DNA of 64,000 nt from Calditrichia bacterium. GTDB taxonomy: Bacteria > Calditrichota > Calditrichia > RBG-13-44-9 > J075. The stretch is taken from NCBI GenBank assembly GCA_050633245.1, contig JBOEGD010000012.1, forward strand, positions 32,001 to 96,000. Reading direction: 5' to 3'. The position numbers and the translations under genes are program-made. Shown one piece after another: positions 41,481-49,864 of the stretch; the stretch's first letter is position 1, and every line of letters starts with the position of its first letter. The notes beneath the pieces were generated by a model. The model was given only the letters and a program-made list of their open reading frames with translations. It was not told the origin of the DNA and made no database searches.

Positions 41481-42416
41481 TCATTCATCCATAATCTGGT
41501 TTACTTCAATATTGATATCCATTGGAGGGGGTACAATATCCCCCTGTCTTAGACGTTGGATTCGCTCTAACTCATTCAGGGCCTTATAAAACTGACGGTT
41601 CAATGCCCCCTCATACCGCAGCAGCCGGTCCAGGCTATCCTTACCGGGCATTTGTCCTAGCTTACTCTTAACTTCCAGAGCCATGCGGTCTTTCTCCTGT
41701 TCTTTGCTCAGAGCCTTTTTGAGTTCTTGAATTTTATCCTGACACTCTTTTACAAGATCATCGCATTTCTTAATGAGGGCTTTCCAGATTTGTGCATCGG
41801 ACCAGTTAAGGGCAGTATTGATAAACTTGTGCAGATCAGGTGCTTCAAGATACTCGGCAATATTATGTTCATCGATTGTTTCATCCAGATCTCCGTGCAA
41901 GTGATCCCAGTTTTCTTCCCAGTCATAGATTTCGCTCAGAGGCACCTTCTTTTTAAATTTTTCCGATAAATCCGCTTTATCTTTTTTCCAATGTTCAATG
42001 ATGCCTTGCTGCTGTTCAATTTCTTCCTGAAGTTTTTCAACCTGATCATGGATCTTTTCGCCCCGCCAGTCTTTCGCATCAAAATAGTAATCCGTTGCAT
42101 AATCTAGGCTGCTGCGAATCAAACCAACCTCATAACGATAAGCCCGGCGTAAACGCCAATACAGTGAGGCAATCTTTTCCAGCAGCATCTCTTCAATAGT
42201 GCCGACCGGTTGGAGCTCCTGCTTCAGGTCATTCAATAGCTGCTCAAATTCTTTTGGATCTTCTGCCCCCTCCCCTTTCAGCACCACAACTTCTTTGGCA
42301 AGCAGACCATGCTTAACAGCATTGAACCTCACAATGGCTTTGCCAGTATCAGTTTTCACTCCACCCTTTTTTGCATTCTTTCGATTGGCTGCAAGCTGCT
42401 TTTTCGAAACGGTCAT
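41481..42416 (-). CDS. Conserved mobile-element hypothetical protein
   Basis: S.KQLAANRKNA...T..GKA...FNAVKHGL N-terminus and LLRYE..LNRQFYKAL C-terminus; coiled coils. Confidence 0.7.
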   Translation of the reverse strand: MTVSKKQLAANRKNAKKGGVKTDTGKAIVRFNAVKHGLLAKEVVVLKGEGAEDPKEFEQLLNDLKQELQPVGTIEEMLLEKIASLYWRLRRAYRYEVGLIRSSLDYATDYYFDAKDWRGEKIHDQVEKLQEEIEQQQGIIEHWKKDKADLSEKFKKKVPLSEIYDWEENWDHLHGDLDETIDEHNIAEYLEAPDLHKFINTALNWSDAQIWKALIKKCDDLVKECQDKIQELKKALSKEQEKDRMALEVKSKLGQMPGKDSLDRLLRYEGALNRQFYKALNELERIQRLRQGDIVPPPMDINIEVNQIMDE

Positions 42417-42433
42417 TATCTTATCCTTTCAAT

Positions 42434-42676
42434 CTAGTTCTTAAATCGTGCGCTGAGTATTAGCCTGAGGGACATTTTCTCTGCTACCTCGCGGGAAAGA
42501 CCACCATCACATTCTATGATGGCTGCTCGTTCATCAAATTGTTCTTTTTCAATCCCTGAAAATCGATCAATTAGAATACGCTGAGCAACCGTTACCAGCT
42601 TTGAGTAGTCTTTTGTTTTCGGAGGATCACAACTCTCTATCCGCCATTCACCTTTTTCAAATATCATTACTTCCAT
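42434..42676 (-). CDS. Small phage/satellite-type hypothetical protein
   Basis: FDERAAIIECDGGLSREVAE motif seen in phage replication-region proteins. Confidence 0.65.
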   Translation of the reverse strand: MEVMIFEKGEWRIESCDPPKTKDYSKLVTVAQRILIDRFSGIEKEQFDERAAIIECDGGLSREVAEKMSLRLILSARFKN

Positions 42677-42691
42677 ACTTGCCCCCTACAC

Positions 42692-42873
42692 AGTTACCAA
42701 GGTAACTATTGGACTTAAACCACTATTTTTATTTCTCTTAACCGGTTACTGAATGGTAACTTCTGGTGACTTTTGGATAGAATTATTTGGCAAGGTTACC
42801 AGAGGTAACCGCTCAGTAACCAGCTTAATCAAGCAAAAACAATGCTTTACAAATCAAAGTTACCCTGGTTACT
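42692..42873. repeat. Iteron-like GGTTAC/GTAACC cluster (candidate origin of the element)
   Basis: About 10 RGTTAC/GTAACY-type copies in both orientations, including palindromes AGTTACC-AA-GGTAACT (42692-42707) and GGTTACC-AGA-GGTAACC (42794-42810). Confidence 0.65.
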
Positions 42874-44676
42874 GTTAGCGGTATATTGACCGCGTGCCTC
42901 CCTGGTTAACTGCCCTTCAGCGTACATTTGAGTAACCAGCTTTTTTATACTGCCTTTCGATTTCCCTGTTTGTTCTGCAATCTCTGTTGGAGAAAGCGGC
43001 TTATCGCTGTTGGAAACCGTTTCGAGGATTTTCTTTCTAGGCTCGCTCAACTCTACATCTTCCGCTTCACCTTGTGATACCCAGAGTCCAGTCGTCTTAT
43101 CAAAAGTGACAGACAGTTTTAAGCTTTCCATATCCCGACCGGTAATGTGCAAAACAGAATCGGTTGCTCCCGGTACCAATACCATTACACAATCAGCAGC
43201 GGCGGTAACGCCGGTCGTGCCGGTAACATCATCAAGGGCATAGTCAGATCGCGTTTTGCGGGTATGATGAATCAGCACAATAGCAAGATGATATTCCATA
43301 GCGATCTTTTGAAGACTTGCTGTTGTCTTATAGTCCTCGGAATACAGATCGCTGTTTCGCTTTGGATTGGCAAAGCGCCCAAAAGTATCTATAACGACCA
43401 TTCGGATATCTTTTTTTTGATCCAGGCAGTTTCTAAGTTGAAGATCCCCACCATCTTCCAGTTGGTTAAAGTCCGGCATAAAATGAAAACTCTCTAATCC
43501 CTTTACTCCCGGATCAAAGCGCAACATAGTTTTAATCCTATCAGCCAAACGGCGCGGAGTATCTTCAAGGCCTAAATAAAGCACTTCCCCTTCTCTGGCC
43601 GAGTAGTCGCTTAACGCTTTACCGCCGGAGGCTATTGCTAAGGACCAGCTAAGAGCCATAAAAGACTTACCGCTTTTGGGTCTTCCTGCTAAGATGGTTA
43701 GACCTTCTGGAACAAGCTTGTCGATTGCCCATTGCGGTTCGGGGAAATCCAGTGTTACTAAATCATGGCCGGAGTAGATTGGAAACTTCCGTGGTAAGGG
43801 CTCATTTGTCGCTTTACTTTCAACAAATTTCGCAGCATCAATTAGCACTTCAATGTCAGGTTTTGTTAGGTTACTCTGATTAAAGTAATCCGATAAATCG
43901 ACGTATTTTTTCGGCAATCTGATCAGTTTTAGTTTATGCTTTTCCTTACCCTCTATTCTCTCAAATACCCCCTGCTCAGTAAGATCCTTATCCAAAAGAA
44001 AAATATGAGTCCCTTTACCCAGCCTTATCTTTACAGTCTTATTATAGTGTGAAACTATGCCATAAGAATCATCCAGCCCCATTTCAATAGCTGTTAGATA
44101 ATCCGTTCTGCCTTCAACGTGGATAAACTTTCGATGCTTAGCTGGATTATAGATTAGTCGTCCTTTTAAAAAGGCCAGAGCATATCCGGCTTTGCTATGG
44201 TTTATCTTTATCCGTGCTTTCTGTAGCGTCTTGAGGGAGTAAGTTTTATTGAGTTTTTCTTTGATGGCTTTCAGGTCTGTATCGGTGGGTTCTCTCAAAT
44301 CGAGCTCATGCAGGGGGTAAAAACGAAATCGGTTTTGAACATCAGAAGAGATAAAGCGCAACTGCATTTTATCAGGCTTCTTCTTCAATCGTGGATCAAG
44401 ATGTTTATCCTCACTCCAGAAACGCTCATCCAGCCAGCGCATTGCCTCAGCACCATCCAGGTTCAAAACCTGCTTAACCAGTTCTATATTATTTCCCTGC
44501 AATCCGCAGCCGAAACAGGTAAAACCTTTGCCGTCCTTTGCAATGCTCAAGCTGGCTTTTTTATCTTCATTATTATGTGCCGCTTTATTGAAGCAATGCC
44601 AGTTGCTGTTTTTGCCTTTCTTCAGGCCGAGTTCCTCGGCAATATTTGTCGTTAGTATTCCCTTGTAGTCCCTCAT
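42847..44676 (-). CDS. Primase-helicase: CHC2 zinc finger + degenerate Toprim + RepA/AAA_25 helicase + wHTH
   Basis: C..H...CFGC zinc finger; VEGRTD and DLSDY; Walker A GRPKSGKS; VVIDT; IHHTRK; C-terminal LSPTEIAEQTGKS. Confidence 0.85.
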   Translation of the reverse strand: MRDYKGILTTNIAEELGLKKGKNSNWHCFNKAAHNNEDKKASLSIAKDGKGFTCFGCGLQGNNIELVKQVLNLDGAEAMRWLDERFWSEDKHLDPRLKKKPDKMQLRFISSDVQNRFRFYPLHELDLREPTDTDLKAIKEKLNKTYSLKTLQKARIKINHSKAGYALAFLKGRLIYNPAKHRKFIHVEGRTDYLTAIEMGLDDSYGIVSHYNKTVKIRLGKGTHIFLLDKDLTEQGVFERIEGKEKHKLKLIRLPKKYVDLSDYFNQSNLTKPDIEVLIDAAKFVESKATNEPLPRKFPIYSGHDLVTLDFPEPQWAIDKLVPEGLTILAGRPKSGKSFMALSWSLAIASGGKALSDYSAREGEVLYLGLEDTPRRLADRIKTMLRFDPGVKGLESFHFMPDFNQLEDGGDLQLRNCLDQKKDIRMVVIDTFGRFANPKRNSDLYSEDYKTTASLQKIAMEYHLAIVLIHHTRKTRSDYALDDVTGTTGVTAAADCVMVLVPGATDSVLHITGRDMESLKLSVTFDKTTGLWVSQGEAEDVELSEPRKKILETVSNSDKPLSPTEIAEQTGKSKGSIKKLVTQMYAEGQLTREARGQYTANSNQGNFDL

Positions 44677-44852
44677 GCTACTTTCTCCTTGCTGGCCGAA
44701 GCGCGGGGAATCAGCTTCTGGGGTAATTGCAATGAAGACTTCCCCTTTTCATCCTTTAGAATTTGCTTGGCAATGATCAAGGAAAATAGAGCAATTCCTT
44801 TGTTGAGAGCATCCTGCGGGATTTGTAGCTTCTCTGCTAAATTCAAACTCAT
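44673..44852 (-). CDS. Small hypothetical protein (59 aa, below ORF-track cutoff)
   Basis: MSLNLAEKLQIPQDALNKGIALFSLIIAKQIL...KEKVA*; its stop overlaps the primase start (ATGA). Confidence 0.55.
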   Translation of the reverse strand: MSLNLAEKLQIPQDALNKGIALFSLIIAKQILKDEKGKSSLQLPQKLIPRASASKEKVA

Positions 44853-44872
44853 TTCCAGTTTCTTCCGTTATC

Positions 44873-45112
44873 CTAATGTTTTTGCTTCTTAGTAGGCTTC
44901 TTGTTCATCAAGAGAAAAAGATCATCGAAATCAGCGTCCTTGAAAACCATCTGAAACTTTTTTCGCATCTCAGGAGAGGGATAACGTATTCCGTTCAGAA
45001 GTTGAGAAATATATCCGCTGCTTGTGTTCAGTTTGATTGCTAAGCCATTTTGTGACAAATTTTTCCTTGCCATCAATTCTCTGATATTTTCCGCCTTCAG
45101 TTGAACCTTCAT
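44873..45112 (-). CDS. XRE/Cro-like HTH regulator
   Basis: LSQNGLAIKLNTSSGYISQLLNG.RYPS...FDDLF; divergent from the repressor gene. Confidence 0.85.
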   Translation of the reverse strand: MKVQLKAENIRELMARKNLSQNGLAIKLNTSSGYISQLLNGIRYPSPEMRKKFQMVFKDADFDDLFLLMNKKPTKKQKH

Positions 45113-45121
45113 TGAATTCTC

Positions 45122-45214
45122 GCTTGCAAAATTTAACCACTTTGTTTGCTGAATTATAAAACATGAAGTCAACGATAGCAAATTTTTTGCAAAATTAGTG
45201 CTTGCAAAATTTAA
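45122..45214. promoter_or_regulatory. Operator-like repeats between the divergent HTH genes
   Basis: GCTTGCAAAATTTAA at 45122-45136 and 45200-45214; partial TTGCAAAATT at 45187-45196. Confidence 0.65.
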
Positions 45215-45267
45215 GCAGACAATAGTATATTAGCTGAGATCACCGCACTGAAAACCAAGGAGAAGAA

Positions 45268-45624
45268 ATGGGTAAAGAGTTTGGAGCGTACCTAAGAAAA
45301 TTAAGAGATGATCTGGGTATGAGCCTTAGACAAGTTCAACAAGCAGCAAAAATTTCTAATAGCTATCTGTCTCAGATTGAATCCGGCGAAAGGGGAATAC
45401 CTAATTTTAAGATTCTAAGTAGATTAGCAGAGGCCTATGGAGTACCTGTTGCACAATTAGCTGAGGCTGCTGAAAAGGCTGAAGCTGGAGATGCGCTTGG
45501 AGAACCAAGTTTATCGAAAGATGCAGCTTTTGTGTCCAGAGGATACGAGAAACTATCAGATGATAACAAAAAAATGTTGAGTGAGTTTCTACAACACCTT
45601 ATTAACAAGGAAAAGAAAGAATAA
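45268..45624 (+). CDS. XRE-family repressor (ImmR/CI-like)
   Basis: FGAYLRKLR...MSLRQV...ISNSYLSQIESGER; AAGGAG RBS. Confidence 0.9.
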   Translation: MGKEFGAYLRKLRDDLGMSLRQVQQAAKISNSYLSQIESGERGIPNFKILSRLAEAYGVPVAQLAEAAEKAEAGDALGEPSLSKDAAFVSRGYEKLSDDNKKMLSEFLQHLINKEKKE

Positions 45625-45628
45625 GGAT

Positions 45629-46588
45629 ATGACTGAGTGGCTAAAATCGCCTGCATATTGCGGAATGAATCCGCTTTTGTATGGGAGGAGAGTTGTTAAA
45701 GAAATGAACCTGGTAGCCCCCCCGGTTAATGAATTAGATGTTGCAGATTTTTTGGGCTACGAAGTTAAAAAGATTAAAAAGAGCGATACTGAGAATTTTC
45801 CAGGGGTTTGGGATAGTTTAAAAACCGCCTGCGCACATCTGTTCAGAGATAAGAATCTAATTCTAATCCGGGATGATATGACGCTCGGAAGAGATCGTCA
45901 GGGTGTATTTCACGAAATAGGCCACGATCAAATCCCCTCACATAGAGGCCTGAACTATTCATGTAATGAGTCTGCTCTCACCCCAATTCGCCACAAATTA
46001 GTAGAGAAAGAAGCATTTCTATGTGGAAACGAAATAATGATGCCTGTCGAATGGATTTCGCAGGATATACTTGATCTTGATATTTCCTTTCGATCTATTA
46101 GTAAGATTGCCAATCGCTATCAAGCTTCTTTTGAAGCTACAGCAATTAGATACGCTTTAACCCACCCAGGAATTTGTGCAATTATTCTTGTCGAGTCCAA
46201 TGTTAACAAAAGTAAACAAGTAGATTCATTTTGCGGTTGTCACACTCATCAATTGACACTACCGGTAACCTGCCGAGAAACTAAGCCTAAAGAGGCTTAC
46301 CCCTTCCCGCTGGTAGTAAAGTATAGTGTTAAATCAAAGGCGTTCGTTGATTCAATCCGGCCGGGAATGGGAATCCGTGAGAATAATTTGCTTTTTCATA
46401 TCTGGAATTCGGATAAAGATTTTCGAGGAGAGTTGCCGTCTGAGGCCTTTAGAATGAGAAAGCGAACAGCATACCAAGCCGAAATCAAGATTCTAAAAAA
46501 TCCTACAAGAATGTTCATTCTACTCTGGCAGAATCACTTTCAGAGAAGACTTAAATATGAATATGGGAATATCATCACAGAAAGTTAA
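45629..46588 (+). CDS. ImmA/IrrE-family metallopeptidase (anti-repressor)
   Basis: R..VFHEIGH HExxH, EKEA....EIMMP, ASFEATAIR motifs. Confidence 0.85.
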   Translation: MTEWLKSPAYCGMNPLLYGRRVVKEMNLVAPPVNELDVADFLGYEVKKIKKSDTENFPGVWDSLKTACAHLFRDKNLILIRDDMTLGRDRQGVFHEIGHDQIPSHRGLNYSCNESALTPIRHKLVEKEAFLCGNEIMMPVEWISQDILDLDISFRSISKIANRYQASFEATAIRYALTHPGICAIILVESNVNKSKQVDSFCGCHTHQLTLPVTCRETKPKEAYPFPLVVKYSVKSKAFVDSIRPGMGIRENNLLFHIWNSDKDFRGELPSEAFRMRKRTAYQAEIKILKNPTRMFILLWQNHFQRRLKYEYGNIITES

Positions 46589-46596
46589 GGCACTCT

Positions 46597-48198
46597 ATGA
46601 AACGCTGCATCATAATCGCCCGCTCTTCAACCGACCGGCATGATGTTTCCTGCAAATCTCAGATTGCAGAAATCGAAGCGGAAGCTAGACGGCAAAACGA
46701 AGTAATCGTAAAAACAGCCGAATTTCCCAGAAAAAAGCATAGCGATTTTCTGGAAGATCCAGACTTCAAAGATATTCTGGCAGAAGCAAAGTTAAGGGAT
46801 CGGGAATGGGATAAAATCTGGTTTTATGATACTTCCCGCCTGTCGCGGAATCGCATGAAGGCACAGGTAACAAAAGCTTTTTTTCGCAAGCACGGTATTG
46901 AAGTCGGTTTTCTGAAGCTTCCGAAGACCGGAAATGAACCGATTGACAATGTGCTGGAAGGCATACTGGAAACCTTCGATCAACTGCACAGCGATTTTTC
47001 GCGGGCTGGCTCTATTCGCGGTCAGAAACAAAATATACGCTCCGGCTACCGCGCCGGGGGTAGTGCCCCCTACGGCTATCTGCTGAAAAAGCACAGCCTC
47101 GGTATGAACATCGATAAGGTTGAAATTACCAAGTCCACCCTTGAACCTCATCCTGAACAATTTCCCATTGTCCGAGAATACCTCCAGCGCCGAGCCGCAG
47201 GTGAAAGCCGGGGCTCCATACTGCGAGACTTCAAGAAACGTAGCATCAAAAGCGCCAAAGGGAAAGCCTATTGGTCACACTCTACTTGCAACTGTATAGA
47301 AAACAATCTTGATCTCTATTGCGGGCATCTGGTTTACAATCGACACAATAAGCGTATTGATGGAAAGTTTATCGGCGGTCAAAAGTATCGCCCCAGAGAA
47401 GAGTGGGAAATTCGCGAGAATGCCCATGAAGCCGCAATCACCACCAAAGAAGCTGATAAGATTCGCAAGCAACTAGATGCCAGGCGCACGCATAAGAAGC
47501 CAACCGCCAGAAACTATCTGTTAACCGGCTTCCTGAAATGCGGCGTTTGTAAAGGTCCGATGATTGGCGACAGCGGTTTTTATACGTGCAGCCATAAGCG
47601 TAAAAAGATATCAGACTGTAACCAGAACAATATTTTAGCCGAGCGGATTGATAAGAAAGCTATCGCCTTTGTAAAAAACGTTTTGTTGAAACAAACCCAT
47701 TTTGAAGCCATCGTTGAGCAAACCCGCAAAGCCTATGAAAAGGAAATCGGCAAATCCGCTGAACAAAAAAAGAGAGTCGAGCGGGAGCAGCTAAAACTGG
47801 ATAAACAAATTGAACGAGTAATGGACCTCTATTCCAGAGGAAAAATTTCCCCGGATATTATAGAGAAGCAAATTCAAGCACTCGAAAGTCAGAAAGCCGA
47901 CTTGCAGCTTGAGATGGATGGTGAGCAAGATATCCGTATTGCCCTGGAAGCAGCCGAAACGGAATTAAGTGAAACGGTTATCCGGCAATATGTAGACAAG
48001 TTTGAAGTATTACTGAGTGAAGATAATCTGGAGTTGATGCGGGAATTTTTGAAAACATTTATCTCTGAGATTGAGTTAGCACCACGGGCAGGGGGTAAAA
48101 CGCAAAAGCGGGCAGTGAACGTTTTCAGTCACATACCCGCTTTTACAAGGATAAAACTTGTACTCCCAAGGGGATTCGAACCCCTGTTGCCGCCGTGA
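46597..48198 (+). CDS. Large serine recombinase (integrase); last codons overlap tRNA-Glu antisense
   Basis: ARSST catalytic motif, DTSRLSRN, APYGY, HEAAIT, YLLTGFLKCGVC...YTC zinc ribbon, coiled coil. Confidence 0.93.
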   Translation: MKRCIIIARSSTDRHDVSCKSQIAEIEAEARRQNEVIVKTAEFPRKKHSDFLEDPDFKDILAEAKLRDREWDKIWFYDTSRLSRNRMKAQVTKAFFRKHGIEVGFLKLPKTGNEPIDNVLEGILETFDQLHSDFSRAGSIRGQKQNIRSGYRAGGSAPYGYLLKKHSLGMNIDKVEITKSTLEPHPEQFPIVREYLQRRAAGESRGSILRDFKKRSIKSAKGKAYWSHSTCNCIENNLDLYCGHLVYNRHNKRIDGKFIGGQKYRPREEWEIRENAHEAAITTKEADKIRKQLDARRTHKKPTARNYLLTGFLKCGVCKGPMIGDSGFYTCSHKRKKISDCNQNNILAERIDKKAIAFVKNVLLKQTHFEAIVEQTRKAYEKEIGKSAEQKKRVEREQLKLDKQIERVMDLYSRGKISPDIIEKQIQALESQKADLQLEMDGEQDIRIALEAAETELSETVIRQYVDKFEVLLSEDNLELMREFLKTFISEIELAPRAGGKTQKRAVNVFSHIPAFTRIKLVLPRGFEPLLPP

Positions 48199-48232
48199 AA
48201 GGGCGGAGTCCTAACCACTAGACGATGGGAGC
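48161..48232 (-). tRNA. tRNA-Glu(TTC)
   Basis: GCTCCCATCGTCTAGTGGTTAGGACTCCGCCC-TTTCAC-GGCGGCAACAGGGGTTCGAATCCCCTTGGGAGTA cloverleaf. Confidence 0.96.
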
Positions 48233-48290
48233 ACGTAAAAAATGTCGACAAATATAAGAAGACTTTTTACAAAAACAAATAAAAATTTTG

Positions 48291-48365
48291 GGTGAGTGAG
48301 GGGACTTGAACCCCCGGCCTCCAGGGTCACAACCTGGCGCTCTAACCAACTGAGCTACACCCACC
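48291..48365 (-). tRNA. tRNA-His(GTG)
   Basis: G-1 present; anticodon arm CCAGG-TTGTGAC-CCTGG; GGTTCAAGTCC T-arm. Confidence 0.96.
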
Positions 48366-48447
48366 ATGTACAGGCAATCCTTTAGCCTGTAGCAAAAAAA
48401 CAAATAAGATATCGATAAACAAAAATCAATACCTTTTTTAGAACTCG

Positions 48448-48521
48448 CGCTCCCTGGAGGACTCGAACCTCCAACCTACGGCTTAGAAGGCCGTTGCTCT
48501 ATCCGGTTGAGCTAAGGGAGC
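48448..48521 (-). tRNA. tRNA-Arg(TCT)
   Basis: Anticodon arm ACGGC-CTTCTAA-GCCGT; GGTTCGAGTCC T-arm. Confidence 0.96.
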
Positions 48522-48588
48522 CGGTGGGAAATCCTCGCAGAATGCGCATGTAGATATAGAGCGCAAAAAATTGCGATGTTCTTATTTG

Positions 48589-48662
48589 TCGGGGCGACTG
48601 GATTCGAACCAGCGGCCCCCTGCTCCCAAAGCAGGTGCGCTACCAGGCTGCGCCACACCCCG
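48589..48662 (-). tRNA. tRNA-Pro(TGG)
   Basis: CGGGGTG acceptor; anticodon arm CCTGC-TTTGGGA-GCAGG; GGTTCGAATCC T-arm. Confidence 0.96.
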
Positions 48663-48904
48663 ATTATAAATATATAATTTCTAAGATCAATCTTCCTGCG
48701 TTGTGTCAACGTAAAGAAGGACTCCAATATATAATATGCTATTGCTAAATCAAAACGAAATTTGTTGTGTATTTATTACACACTTTTTTTGTTGTCCATC
48801 TCACAAATCCCCAGCAAGACGTCGCTTCGGTTTTGGTACATTTTTTGAACTGAACTTTGTAGGGATTTGAGAAAAAACGCTACACCGTAAGGAGAGGATA
48901 TAGG

Positions 48905-49585
48905 ATGAGATGGTTCCTATTTATCGGGATGATACTTGCCAGCATTACCTTCAATGGATTTATTAAACAACCAGAAATAAGCACCAACGAGCAGGGCTGC
49001 GCAGGATCCGGCTGCCATTCCTTCGAAGCCAATCTGATGAAAGCCAAGTCTTCCGGCAATCTGAGCATTCGCGTCATGCCTAAAACACCGCCCGGAAAAC
49101 ATTCCATCAGCGCTGCCCTACTGGATCAGCAAGGACGCATGGTAGACTTTATCCAGACCGCCGGTAAAAAAGGTCTTCGCCTGAATGCACCCAACGCCGG
49201 ACGCTATAAGCTGCTCTACGCCACCAAACATGAAACAGCCGTTTGGGATACCACCTGGATCGATGTTACCAAACCAGCGATCAGCATTCCAACATCGCGA
49301 TTCGGTACGTCAAAGTTTCAATTCTTTCCAATTCACCCAAATCCGGCTTCCGGTGCTGCCGTGCTGCGATTCAACCTGCCGTCTAATACGAACGTGGAAA
49401 TCACGCTCTATACCCTGGGCAGCAAAAAGGTTCGTACAATCTACAGCGACCAAATGGACAGCGGCCTGCAGGAAGTGTATTGGGAAACTCGCGATGATCT
49501 AAAACGGCCATTGGCACCCGGCACGTATTTATGCCAGCTGAAAACCGGAATTAAGACGGTTGTGCAGAAGATAGAGATTCAATAA
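48905..49585 (+). CDS. Secreted protein with C-terminal FlgD-Ig/secretion domain
   Basis: Signal peptide; GCAGSGCH motif; HPNP...VYWETRDD...LAPGTYLCQL. Confidence 0.7.
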   Translation: MRWFLFIGMILASITFNGFIKQPEISTNEQGCAGSGCHSFEANLMKAKSSGNLSIRVMPKTPPGKHSISAALLDQQGRMVDFIQTAGKKGLRLNAPNAGRYKLLYATKHETAVWDTTWIDVTKPAISIPTSRFGTSKFQFFPIHPNPASGAAVLRFNLPSNTNVEITLYTLGSKKVRTIYSDQMDSGLQEVYWETRDDLKRPLAPGTYLCQLKTGIKTVVQKIEIQ

Positions 49586-49609
49586 AGACAGATCACACCT
49601 ACGCTGCTT

Positions 49610-49782
49610 GTAGGTTGCGGCTTTGCCGCTGGCAGGGGGTAGGACGTTTACCTGCTAACGCAGAGTCGCTGGTAGGGGGTGGTTTTAAACTGCCAGCGAA
49701 TACAGTGAGCGCCCTATAAACACCAGCGAAGGCCACAGGCCGAAGCGATCTACATACTACAAGCGGCAAAGCCGCGACCTAC
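49610..49782. repeat. Inverted pair of GTAG-type REP-like palindromes
   Basis: GTAGGTTGCGGCTTTGCCGCT (49610-49630) and its reverse complement with 1 mismatch (49762-49782). Confidence 0.7.
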
Positions 49783-49864
49783 CTCCTCTCCCACATTTTC
49801 CCCTTGCACTTTTCCACTTTCTCTCGCTTATTGATTTCAGCCAAATCTCTAAGGAAAAATTCCC

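Larger units (their letters stand above)
31612..48172. mobile_element. About 16.5 kb integrative element (satellite/IME-like) in the tRNA-Glu 3' end, serine recombinase type
   Basis: 14-bp direct repeat TGTACTCCCAAGGG at 31612-31625 and 48159-48172; LSR, ImmA, ImmR, Cro and primase-helicase genes inside. Confidence 0.88.

Noticed and set aside
31612-48172. Complete prophage or conjugative ICE
   Set aside because: No capsid, terminase, tail, lysis, relaxase or T4SS genes were recognised.
48218-48727. ORFs 48218..48403 and 48512..48727
   Set aside because: They are translations of the tRNA genes.
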